A stretch of 25,988 nucleotides of DNA from Octopus sinensis (taxonomy: Eukaryota), in NCBI RefSeq assembly GCF_006345805.1, contig NW_021836029.1, positions 1-25,988 of the forward strand, written 5' to 3'. A model generated the notes under the pieces. It was given only the letters and a program-made list of their open reading frames with translations. It was not told where the DNA came from and searched no databases. A program made the position numbers and the translations under genes. Below are positions 11,651 to 21,954 of this stretch, piece by piece (the first letter of the stretch is position 1; every line of letters begins with the position of its first letter).

Positions 11651-12656
11651 GAGCCAGAACAACATCAATAACGGATCGATTAGAAAAAGGCTTGTGAAAA
11701 CGTTTCTTCGCTCACTGGATAATAGAATGGGCTGAGATTTAAGGGTGAGCAGAGAAGATAAGAAAGTTGATTGTAAGAGAATGTACGTAAATAGAAAATG
11801 AATTTATGCCATTGATGTGAAGGAGTTAGAAGTATGAAGATCAATGGAGAAATCTTTCAGGGTCACGGAGTGACCCCCGGCCTTCTTGTTTCCTTTTTGT
11901 GTGTGATAGGTCTGATATATTTACCACTGCTTCTAAGAAATGGTAGGAATGGATATAATCTCAAAGACTGGCAGTATGAAATAAATCATTTCCTCTTTCT
12001 GGATGAGTGAAATCTATTCACAATGAATGCAAGATCAAATAGAAGAGTTTCCGTACAAACAGCAGATTGGGCGTGAGTATATGCGTAGGAAATTGTGTGT
12101 GTGTGTGTGTTTTGGGGTTGGGGAAGATATTTGCCCATGGCAGTTGTGAGATTAAAATGCGTGGAATTTTAATAAGAAAATAGGAAAACATCTTGGAGGA
12201 TTAATGTGAAGATACTAGATAAAGAAATCATAAAACAGGTAGATAGAAAAGAATGTCAAAATACGTTGATGGAACAGAAAATATTTAAGATAAAAGAAAT
12301 GAAACAAGCATAAAGAAACGGGTTAACAGGAGAACACTTCATCATATTGGAAAATACAGTTTAAATCGAACATTTTAAATACAAGTTAACTTGGTAGTAA
12401 TACATATACAATACTCTCTCTCTCTCACACGCATGCACTCTCTCACTCTGTATATATATATATAAAACATACATACATATGTACATTTTACAAGCATACA
12501 TACAGCTCGAAATGAAAAGTAGATAGACAGCCGACAACTAATGAAGTGTCGTTCGTTGTGCTCTTTGCCCTGTTTTCAATAATTTTCTCTCGTTGTTTGC
12601 TATTTAAATCGCTTGTTATCGTACCTCATGTTGTTTACAACTGCTGACATCCTGTA

Positions 12657-12711
<55 letters not shown>

Positions 12712-13047
12712 TATATAATTACATACGACATTAAGAAATTAAAGTTCTCACAACAAAAAGGTGAAAGCTCTTTCAAAGACCAGAAATCCAAGCCGTCAAT
12801 ATAAGTGTAATAATCTGTTATTTTGTCTCTAATTTATATGTTAATGTTTGGCGTGTCCACTGATGAGAATTTCACCTTGCAAATTATATTATTTGTTAAT
12901 TATATTTCGAAACCTAATGTCGAGATGTAAAACATGTTAAATATTTTTATTTTTCATTACCTTCGAAATCGCCCTTAACTGTGGTTTGGACATTTTGACT
13001 GTTCCTTCAAGTATGTAAGGCAAGTTGCTATGGTCCGCCTCTTCGTG

Positions 13048-13087
<40 letters not shown>

Positions 13088-13385
13088 TAAACCCTTGCTG
13101 TTTGTTTACCCCATCTTGCATGACAAATTCTCCGTGCGCCGCTGAGAATGTCACAAGTCCACAGTGCATATGTCACTTCTTACGGTGCTGATATACACCA
13201 TAAACAATCTACGTCGAAAAGATATTTTTTTACCGAAGAAAGAAATACTCAGAAACGAAGAGGAGCTGATGAGAATAAAATTATTTATAAAATGTGTTGA
13301 GCATCAAAAATATTATTTAAAATAGTTATACAACAAGGAAACTAAATCATGAGCTTATTTACAGTTGTTTTGATCATATTGTTCG

Positions 13386-13575
13386 CACGACGGGCGAAAT
13401 GCTTAGCGGTTTCGTCCATCATTACGTTCTGAGTTCAAATTTCGCCTGGGTTGACTTTGCCTTTCATCCCTTCGGGGTCAACAAGATAAGTAGCATTTGA
13501 ACAATGGGGTCGATGTAACTGCCTTAGGCCCTCCCACAAGCCTCCTGGCCTTGTGCTAAAATGTGTAAATATTGT
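13386..13575 (+). mobile_element. 5'-truncated SINE (family D)
   Basis: GGGCGAAATGCTTAGCGGT...TACGTTCTGAGTTCAAAT...GACTTTGCCTTTCATCC-TTCGGGGTC matches the copies at 18871 and 22957. Confidence 0.8.
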
Positions 13576-14067
13576 TTTAATCAAGTTGTCAACTTTCAAG
13601 GGAGACACTTTGTGGTATGTTTTGGTAACATTAAACCCAGCAAAGAATCTGGCGAGACGTATTTAGTTATTTGAAAGAAGAATTTCAATGAATAATTAAG
13701 CAGATCATATACAATATTTTATAAGAATTTGTGTGAAAATTTGAGTAATGTTAAATAAAATTAACTATTTATGTTAAGCACTTTGAGACGCCATACACAA
13801 GAAGATAGCAGCAGTTAAGTTAGTGTTCATATATTTCTTGTAGTGAGAATTAACTATATAAAATCAAATAGATGATTTCTCCTTTGAGACACAGTACAAA
13901 ACTGTTAAAATGGCATTATAAAATTTCTTTTTATTGAACTCAGATCAACCCTACGCGTACAAACTTAGATCACTGTTGCTCTAGGCAATGAATATAAACT
14001 TCTACTTTTGTTTTCGCTCAAATATAATCGTCCTAGAGTTTTATTCTTCAATTTGTGTTATCAGAGA

Positions 14068-14295
14068 GAAGACGCGTGGCTTAGGGGCAAGAGTGTTGCA
14101 TTTGCGTCACCATTATCCTCGTTGTGATTCGTGGTCAGGGATGTACATTTTCCTCTTGAGGAAAACACTTCATCTTGCATTGTTATAGTAACCTCATCTG
14201 TAAATAAATAACCATGCAATGGACTGGCGTCCTGTTCAGAGGAGATGTGATCTCGATCGGTCATAGGCCATGACAACTGGGTAACCAGTTCTGTG
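14068..14295 (+). mobile_element. Old diverged tRNA-derived SINE (B/C-like)
   Basis: GACGCGTGGCTTAGGGG head and ATGGACTGGCGTCCTGTTCAG segment similar to 3417-3437. Confidence 0.55.
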
Positions 14296-14891
14296 GTTGT
14301 GCGTGCTTTGAAGGAAAGTTGGGTGCTTTATCGATCTCTGGAGAAACCTTCTTTATTGATTTGTATTATATAAATAATATTAATCAAGTCATTTAAGTAA
14401 TAAGAAGTTTGTAAAACAATGACAATAGATGGCGTATTGGCCTCCAAATAGGTAAGTAAAACGGGATATACTCTTTAGTAGGAAACAAAACCATGATAAT
14501 TACCGTCGGCAGCTTTACCTAACCGAAGGGTTCCTGCGAAGATTCGTTAACTTCAGTTGCCATCAAATACTTGACGTTCCCCATAAAAATGGCATTTCTA
14601 AATCTCTAACATAAAATCATTTATGTCGTTGCAATAATTTTATAAAGGCTGTATGAAGTACTTAGGGTATTAATTGCTAAGTATTAAAAAGATTATTCAG
14701 AAGAAGTATATTCTGTGAATTGGCATAGTTGTCAGAGCATAAGGCACGTAATTCACATGGTGCATGCAGAATAGAGGGAATCGAAACAACACCGTATCAT
14801 GTCATTCTTAGTACATCATGAAATATTCTAACGTAAGTATTATTTGCTGAATCCTCTGAAAAAGAGCACATGTTCCTGCCAGATCCACCGA

Positions 14892-14944
14892 TGCGGTGTG
14901 TCAGTTATGACTGGGGAGACACACAATGAGGTCGAAACACCGCA
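14892..14944 (+). ncRNA. Type III hammerhead-ribozyme-like motif with two core deviations (A6G, G17)
   Basis: Stem III TGCGGTGT/ACACCGCA (8 bp), stem I TCA-GTTA-TGA, core CTGGGGA (canonical CUGANGA), stem II GAC...GTC, then GAAA. All elements are in exact type III register. Confidence 0.5.
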
Positions 14945-15008
14945 GCATTTCAAATCCCCTTACACCGTTTGCAGACGATCACTGTAAAATGTAGAGCAGT
15001 ATATATTA

Positions 15009-15226
15009 AAAATGGGGAAAGCCGGTTTATGTGATTACCTATGGTTTTCCGTCCATAAAGGGTTTAGCTTCATGGCGTATCGTCAGACCCCAAAGCCTGT
15101 TGGCATATGACTTCTTCAAGATAGGTCATAGGCCAATAGTTTTTGGCGTCTGACGATACGCCATGAAGCTAAACAGTTTATTGACTGGAAACCTAAGTTA
15201 ATCCCATAAACTAGCCCTTCCCATGT
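15009..15226. mobile_element. Palindromic MITE / fold-back element of about 218 bp
   Basis: The whole element is an imperfect inverted repeat around a 13-nt loop (15112-15124). Arms 15062-15088 and 15148-15174 are perfectly complementary over 27 bp. TA lies at both flanks (15007-15008, 15227-15228). Confidence 0.75.
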
Positions 15227-15227
15227 T

Positions 15228-15264
15228 ACTACTAATACTACTACTGCTACTACTACTACTACTG

Positions 15265-15301
<37 letters not shown>

Positions 15302-15350
15302 AACAACAGCAACAACTACTACTACTACTACTACTACAACAACAACAACA

Positions 15351-15430
<80 letters not shown>

Positions 15431-15442
15431 ACACACACACAC
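15228..15442. repeat. (CTA)n with (CAA)n interruptions, then (CA)n
   Basis: Directly visible. Confidence 0.95.
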
Positions 15443-16533
15443 AGAGTCATATACCATTTACAGTAAGACGAAAACCTGCATCAACAGAATGGCCACGTAG
15501 ACTCCAATCAGTCGAACAGCCCTCACCCAACGCTCTTTGCGAGCAATTTTGATCTATAATTATAAAGCTATTAAATTTATTATGGAAATACGTTTTGCTC
15601 ACATCTATTCAAACTGAAAAACCGGAACTGAAAGTGAAACTAGAAGTGTTCACTTTGAATTTGTTTCGTTTTTTATTTTTGCTTTCTTTTTAATTTTTCA
15701 TTATACTTCAATGATTATTTTTAAAGTTTTCTAATGAGGTCATGATACCAGGTTTCATTATTATTAATTTAGCACATTGTCTAGACGTTTACTTCCGTTT
15801 TCTGATATATTATTATATCTTTGTAGGTTTTACTCATTCCTATGTATTTTTTTTCTTTTTTCACTTTTCTTGTCATTGCAAATTGATCCAGTTGTTATTG
15901 TTGTTGTTGTTGTTTCTATTGTTATCAATGCTAAAGTTATTGTTCTTATACTTAGTCCTATAAATGCTTTTTTTTCTTTCTTCTTTTCATTGCTCTTTGC
16001 CGACGTAATGACTTGCACTTATGTCAGATGTATGTCTTACAAACATACATAGAAACCAGTACATTGGGTTATTTTTATTCAGATTTAGTTCTTATTTGTT
16101 TCTTTAATTCGATTTTTTTGTCTCGTAATTATTCTTATTTCAAGTTATATTCAAATGTCATATTATATCGGTTAATTTTCAAAAATAAATCGTTCGTAGC
16201 ATACATAATTATTTGTCAGTATGTATGACAATACACAGACGTTATTTGAAGGAGCTACTGATAAAATGCAACTCAGCAAAACGTGTCTGAGTCTGTGCTA
16301 CTGAGCTGGGAACATTTCCAAGCAGGCTCGATCAGATGGCTGATTTTGGACATCCTGCGGCATGAAAAGACATCTATCGAAGGGCAGTTGTACTCAGGTG
16401 GGTTAATGAACATCCAGTAACGTGTACATACTGCTTGTGCGTCTGTGTTCAGTGTTCTGTCACATGGACTTCTTATTTAGCAGAAGTATGAAAAAATATG
16501 TAATCATTTTCTCTATAGTTCCAAGCGTAATTT

Positions 16534-16816
16534 CTTTGTTTGTTTGTTCCTTCGCGAGCCATGCCTGGCTCATAAGGGCCGGTTTCTCACCTGGACAGGA
16601 CGCCGGTTCGTCGCAGGTGAGCTGCAAGATGCAGGAAGAAAGAGTGAGAAAAAATTGTGGCGAAAGCGTCAGCAGAAGTTCGCCATTGCCTTCAGCCGGA
16701 GCCGCGTAGGGCTTAGGTGTTTCGCTCATAAACACACACATCGCCCGGTCTGAGATTCGAACTCGCGATCTTTCGACCACGAGTCCACTGCTCCAACCAC
16801 TAGGCCATGTGTTTCC
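16534..16816 (-). mobile_element. Full-length tRNA-derived SINE (family B', OR-like) with (AAAC)n tail
   Basis: Minus strand: ATGGCCTAGTGGTTGGAGCAGTGGACTCG...GAGTTCGAATCTC (A and B boxes; TCG at the anticodon-like position) and tail GGAACAAACAAACAAAG. Confidence 0.85.
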
Positions 16817-16910
16817 TCTTTCAAGTATAGTGGCAGCGCGTGTCCAGTAATGTCACCGTCATTCACCGTTTTCTTTGCAATATAATTAGTTTTAAACTAT
16901 AATTCTTTTA

Positions 16911-17222
16911 AGTGATAGCATGTTGGTCAATTTAATGTGACAGTCCCATAAAAAGGAAGAATGCCACTGTTATTTAACCCTAGGAAACACCGTTCCTGTT
17001 GGCTTTGACACAGTTCTTGTGTCCTTATGATGAGCAATGACTCTGAAACTAGTCTCTGGGTGCTGGCTTTGCTGGGTGGAGGTGCTTGTCTCCACTTTGA
17101 AAAGATTAGGACACAGGAAATATATCAAGTCCAACAGGAAGCGGTGTTTCCTAGGGCTAAATAACAGTAGCATTCTTCCCTTTCATGAGACTGTCACATT
17201 AAGTTGACAACATGCTATCACT
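16911..17222. mobile_element. MITE-like element with inverted arms of about 115 bp, flanked by TTA
   Basis: AGTGATAGCATGTTG...TGTGTCCT (16911-17025) is the inverted complement of AGGACACA...CAACATGCTATCACT (17108-17222). TTA lies at 16908-16910 and 17223-17225. Confidence 0.75.
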
Positions 17223-17344
17223 TTATCGTGCTGCTACTGCATAAATCTCGACTGCATATATCAGGTGTTGGAGTGTTTCCGTCGCCGTCACGCAGCCTTT
17301 CGTCAGAACTTTAGAATAAGAAACAGAATTTAAAAGAAAGTATC

Positions 17345-17437
17345 GGAATTGATTCATTCAACTAAAATTCTCCAAGACGGTGCCCTACAATGGTTGCAGT
17401 GTAACAAATGAAACAGGTAAAAGGTTAAAGATAAAAG
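17345..17437 (+). mobile_element. SINE family A 3' tail fragment
   Basis: ACTAAAATTCTCCAAGACGGTGCCCTACAATGGTTGCAGT...TGAAACAGGTAAAAG...ATAAAAG resembles the 3' end of the 1501-1957 element. Confidence 0.6.
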
Positions 17438-17510
17438 ACACACACATATGTATATGTATGTCATTTATCTTTTGTCAGTATATGTATATATGTATGTATA
17501 TATATATGCA

Positions 17511-17550
<40 letters not shown>

Positions 17551-18719
17551 CACTCTAGTTATATAAATAATTGCGTTGAACTATACACACATCTGTAGAT
17601 ATATATTTAGGTATCTATACATTTGTGTGTATGTGTATTTGTGTATATATATATATATATTATATATACATATATATATATATACATACATACATATATA
17701 TGTATGAATATATACGCTTATATATATATATTCTGATTCCAGATCACAAGATCATATCGTGTTTTATCTTTGTATATCAAGAACTACATCATCCATTATA
17801 ACGATGTAATCTCGTTTATTTATTCAGTTAGGATGTAATTTTTTTTTTTGTTAGACATACATTTGCTATTACTGGCAGGACAGCTTACGGTGGTGGGATT
17901 CCCTCTTCGACTTGATATATATCATCTATATTAGATAATCACATATTGTACACATGCATCAATTCTGTGGTTATCTATAAAATGTCTCTCCTAATTCTTT
18001 ATATATCACATGGAAAATAGACGAGAGTTCTGGAATATGGTTTACGTAATCAGTTGCCAGGATAACATTTGTTTTACGTTTCTGACCTGGGTCAATTTGA
18101 CTTCTCAGAAGGTTAATAAATTACCCAAAACTGTAATATATTTGAATTTGTTTCATTCGTTTGCTAAACACATATTTCTCTTGCTAAATAAATGTTTCTG
18201 CAAAACCTTGAAGAAAATAAATTAATAAGAAAAGAAGATAGGTAAAAATGTTCAATTATCGACTCGGATTGCAATTCTCTACCGGGAAATCTAGCATTCA
18301 TACTTTGGCAATCCTTTTGGAGTTCGTTGCGGATTATGTATTAGAGTAATCTCCCGAGATGAATCCAGCTGCATAGCGTTTCGTAATGAAGGTCAAGTTC
18401 TAATTTTGGAAAATTTATACGAAGCCACGTATCCTTTTTCCCTTTTCTTCTAGCAGCACCATTCCTAGAAAGTACATGGGAGCAGTAAAGTTATTATTAC
18501 ACAGAAAATATTTCGTTTCGGGCAGAATTGAGATTGGAAGCTTCTACAAAAGTGTGATGAGATAAATTTATAATGAATTCCTGAATGTTTGTTGGCGTTT
18601 GAAAGCATTCAGTTATAGATACGATAAGTTATATTCAAGCTGGTTGTTATATCTGCCTTGGCATCGACTCCAACTTTCGCACTTCCGAGTGTCAATAATA
18701 TTTTCCGACTAGGTCGCCA

Positions 18720-18870
18720 TTTTGCAGTGGAATGGTATTGATATTCCATCGATTCCAGTGCGTAACTGGTACTTTTTTTATCGACCCCGAAAGGAGGAAA
18801 GGCAAAGTCGACCTCGGCGGAATTTGAACTCAGAACGTAACAGCAGATAAAATACTGCTAAGCATTTCGC
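18720..18870 (-). mobile_element. SINE family D fragment (left arm of inverted pair)
   Basis: Reverse complement GCGAAATGCTTAGCAGTATTTT...TACGTTCTGAGTTCAAATTCCGCCGAGGTCGACTTTGCC. Confidence 0.85.
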
Positions 18871-19039
18871 AACCGTTAGCACGCCGGGCTAAATGCTTAG
18901 CGGTATTTCGTCTGCCGTTACGTTCTGATTTCAAATTCCGCCGAGGTCGACTTTGTCTTTCATTCTTTCGGGGTCGATAAATTAAGTACCAGTAACGCAC
19001 TGGAGTCGATATAATCGACTTAATCCGTTTGTCTGGTCA
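18871..19039 (+). mobile_element. SINE family D fragment (right arm of inverted pair)
   Basis: CGTTAGCACGCCGGGCTAAATGCTTAGCGGTATTTCGTCTGCCGTTACGTTCTG...ATCGACTTAATCC. Confidence 0.85.
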
Positions 19040-19336
19040 TCCCCTTTGAGGTTTTAACATTTCTGCCAGTCAAGCGCGAATGATTGATATTTCATTTAAC
19101 AATCTCCGGAAGAATAAGGTTAAAATCAAAATTGGTGGCATTTGAATGCAGAACACAACACGCGCTAAAGCAAATACTACAATGGAGTTTACTTGCTACG
19201 AATAAGACGCAGCTTATTTGCCGCCTTGCTATGAATAGGAGTCAATGACATGAAGTAGTATTTAGGGCAATGCAACACAGGGTCGGTAGCGAAGCTCACA
19301 AAATATCTGGTGGTAACTTTCTTGTATATAAATTAA

Positions 19337-19657
19337 CACTATGTTGGCTACAACGACAAGTGGTGCAGTTGAACCAATCAGCGGCATAGCCTGTTCGTCA
19401 AATTAACATATAAGTAGGTGAGTAATCTACAGACCTGCGTACCCTTAATGTGGCTCTCAGGGAGATTCAGTGTGAGACAGAATGTCACGGGGTTGGTCAT
19501 ATACTACATAGGTAGAACTCATGTTTGCCAGCTGAGTGAACTAGATCAACTGGAAATAAACTGTCTTGCTCAAACACACAACACTCTACCTGGACTGGAA
19601 CGCACTCACCTAAGATCGTTAGCCAAATACCCTAACCACTAATCCACGCACCTTCAC
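19337..19657 (-). mobile_element. Diverged tRNA-derived SINE (family C-like head, different 3' body)
   Basis: Minus strand GTGAAGGTGCGTGGATTAGTGGTTAGGG head. The segment TTTGAGCAAGACAGTTTATTTCCAGTTGATCTAGTTCACTCAGCTG is shared with 7480-7823. Confidence 0.7.
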
Positions 19658-19682
19658 TTCTCATATATATATATATATATAT

Positions 19683-19955
19683 AGTTAAAGTTAATCCAAA
19701 CAAGAAAACACAAAAAACACAATAACGCGAAGACGTGGAATAAATATAGTATTATTGGACGCTCAGGAAAGAAGAGAAGAAGGAAGGTTTAACGTTTCGA
19801 GCGGAGCTCTTCGTCGGAAACATAGGAGAAGGAAAGATCCAGAGAAGGGAAGACAGAGGAAAACAAATCGCCAACGGTACACACGAGGTCGCACCGGAGT
19901 AAACACATAAATGTGAAACAAGGTGGAAAAAAGAGTAATACAAATATAAATGTAT
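19683..19955 (-). mobile_element. Short Penelope-like (pLTR-type) interspersed repeat carrying a minimal hammerhead-like motif, copy 1
   Basis: A second copy lies at 25505-25682. Both abut (TA)n arrays and contain CCGACGAAGAGCTCCGCTCGAAACGT on the minus strand, the CUGANGA...CGAAAC-type signature of Penelope-like element termini. Confidence 0.65.
19787..19821 (-). ncRNA. Minimal type I hammerhead-like motif (copy 1, GUU site)
   Basis: GTTT-CCGACGA-A-GAGC(TCC)GCTC-GAAA-CGT-T-AAAC: stem I of 4 bp, stem II of 4 bp, palindromic ACGT in place of stem III, and a U4C deviation. Confidence 0.55.
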
Positions 19956-20493
19956 ATATACACATATATATATACATATATGCATATATACATATATAGA
20001 TGTATATATATACATATATATATGTATATTTATATAAACATATATATATGTATATATATAAATAGATGGATAGATAGATAGATAACGGAGTGAGGATAGC
20101 CTAATTACCAGTCAAATACTGGAGGTCACATAACCTGCTGCTACCTGAACTTTATTTATGGAATGGTAACTAATTAATAATTCGTAATACATTCATTATG
20201 TAGAGGAACGGCGTTGTGCGAATGGTAATTTTAGAATTTTCTTTAAAAGTGATACACATGAGAATATTTAGCTCTTTGATGTATTTTAGATAAAGAATTC
20301 ATTCTCCGTTACAAATTATTTAACACTTCCGTTACCTGAAAATTCTATCGATGCTAATCCAGCTATTTCAAATAGTTCCGTGTATGGTTTGTTACACAGA
20401 GTTTGTCAATGTAAAGTTAAGACCTTACTCTACACTTAAAAAGATCAGATAGAATGTTCTGAAGGCGAGCGTCAGAGTAAGTAGAATATTTAG

Positions 20494-20670
20494 ATGAAGG
20501 CCGTGGGTTTACTGTGGCACAGTGGATTGGTCACAAGGTCGTGATTTCGATTTCCAAACTGAGTTATGGTTTTGAGTTAAATACTTCATTTCACGTTAAT
20601 CTAGTTCACCCAATAGTGAATTTGTCGCTCTTCGACGGACCGGCGTCCGTCCCGTTCTAGGTAGGGGACA
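20494..20670 (+). mobile_element. Old diverged SINE (B/C-like)
   Basis: TGAAGGCCGTGG head, GATTTCGATTTCC B-box-like, TTCATTTCACGTT...AGTTCAC core, and GACGGACCGGCGTCC segment. Confidence 0.55.
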
Positions 20671-20842
20671 AGTCGATTACATGGTCTCTAGAAAGGAAAT
20701 GGTACTTTATTTTATCGACTCAACAGGGATGAAATACAAAATTGAGATCAGTGGGATTCGAAATCAGAACGTGAAAAACCGGAGAAAATTAACGCTAAGA
20801 ATTTTATCTGACGTGCTAATGATTGTGCCAGCTTGGTGCCTT
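20671..20842 (-). mobile_element. Diverged SINE family D with head
   Basis: Reverse complement AAGGCACCAAGCTGGCACAATCATTAGCACG...CTTAGCG...CACGTTCTGATTTCGAATCCC...GTAATCGACT aligns with the head-bearing unit at 22957. Confidence 0.65.
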
Positions 20843-21021
20843 CTAAATAATGCATTTCGAATGATAATCCAGTGTAAAATAAAAGCGTATGGTACATAGG
20901 GTTATAACCCCAATATATTATGCATATAACCCTTTGTCAATTGTGGATTTAATGCTATTTATTATGAGGTCCTGCATGTAGATGAATTGACATTTGTGAT
21001 ACATCAATTGGAGAACATAAA

Positions 21022-21329
21022 TCTTTATATATAAAATTGAAGTTGTGTGTGTGAGACTCTGTCTCCTCCGATTTAGATTCCTAACTACTCCCACATTTTG
21101 CGGTGCAGTTTAACCAAAAGCGGGTATCTTATAGTCGTCATTCATATCGAGCCCTTCTGTGTATTAGCGCGCGTCTACGATGAGTCTACGATTTTAAAAA
21201 AATTTACCATAATTTTTTCGCATTTTTAATGATTTTTGCTCGGGTTATATATTAGGGAAGTCGCTCTCTAAAAATGCTTATATAGTTATTCCCCTTACAA
21301 ACCCAAGCAACGCCGGGCGATACTGCTAG
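21022..21329 (+). mobile_element. Complete non-autonomous Helitron (308 bp)
   Basis: 5' TC (A|TCTTTATATATAAAA), 3' CTAG|T, subterminal hairpin CCCAAGCAACGCCGGG at 21302-21317, inserted between A and T with no TSD. These are the standard Helitron hallmarks. Confidence 0.85.
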
Positions 21330-21624
21330 TATATAATACAAACCTAAATGTTCAATTTGATTATGTTTATTTGGAGTTCAAGCGACGGTGAAACAATAAG
21401 TGAAAGAACAACAATAGCAGCCAAAATAACAACGACAATAAGAAAAAAAGACCATCACCAGCGATGATTATCACGGAAATAATCAAAGGAAATCAATGTG
21501 TCAGAATATAGCTAATGTATGAATTTGGAATATACGTCGCTGATAAGGTCTAGTAAAAGGACGAAACATGTACATTTGAATCTAAGATTCGCTTTCCACT
21601 GTATTCGACATTTGTTTTGTTTTT

Positions 21625-21830
21625 TAGTTGCTTTAATCATTGAATTGTGGTCATACCGGGACACGGCCTTGTAGGGTGATTTATCGAATAGGTTGACCCC
21701 AGTATCCTGTTTTAATTCGTGCTTATTTTGTCAGTCTCTAATTCCGAAGAGATAAGTTAAGCGTGCGCAAAGATACCAACCCAGGTTGCTTGGTGTTGAG
21801 TGGCAACAAACACAACGTAAACACACGCAC
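21625..21830 (-). mobile_element. Old diverged SINE family A 3' half
   Basis: TCATTGAATTGTGGTCATACCGGGACAC...TTGACCCCAG...CAAACAC parallels 1528-1710 and runs into a CA microsatellite as that copy does. Confidence 0.55.
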
Positions 21831-21954
21831 ACACACGCACAAACACACGCGCACACAAAAACACACTTACACACACGCACGCACACAAACTCATACACAC
21901 ATACACGCTTTCCCAGATTATATATATATATATATATATGTATATATTCCATTT

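Noticed and set aside
11860-11876. GGGTCAC-GGA-GTGACCC hairpin (7-bp stem, C-GNA-G triloop)
   Set aside because: A 7-bp palindrome is expected by chance in 26 kb. The surrounding 11690-12330 has only faint resemblance to an old CR1/L2 3' end that I cannot support.
12500-12640. CAGCTCGAAATG...AACTAATGAAG, a possible Penelope-like terminal fragment
   Set aside because: Single copy in the window and stems do not form; classification unsupported.
5841-13385. Exact 16-mer TTGATCATATTGTTCG at 5841 and 13370
   Set aside because: An isolated AT-rich match with no flanking similarity is plausible by chance.
14429-14457. Strong donor-like AG|GTAAGT at 14451/14452
   Set aside because: No credible polypyrimidine acceptor upstream; isolated consensus hexamers are common.
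18290-18453. Plus-strand open frame HSYFGNPFGVRCGLC...FSLFF*
   Set aside because: No convincing donor or acceptor, no recognisable domain, and length within chance expectation.
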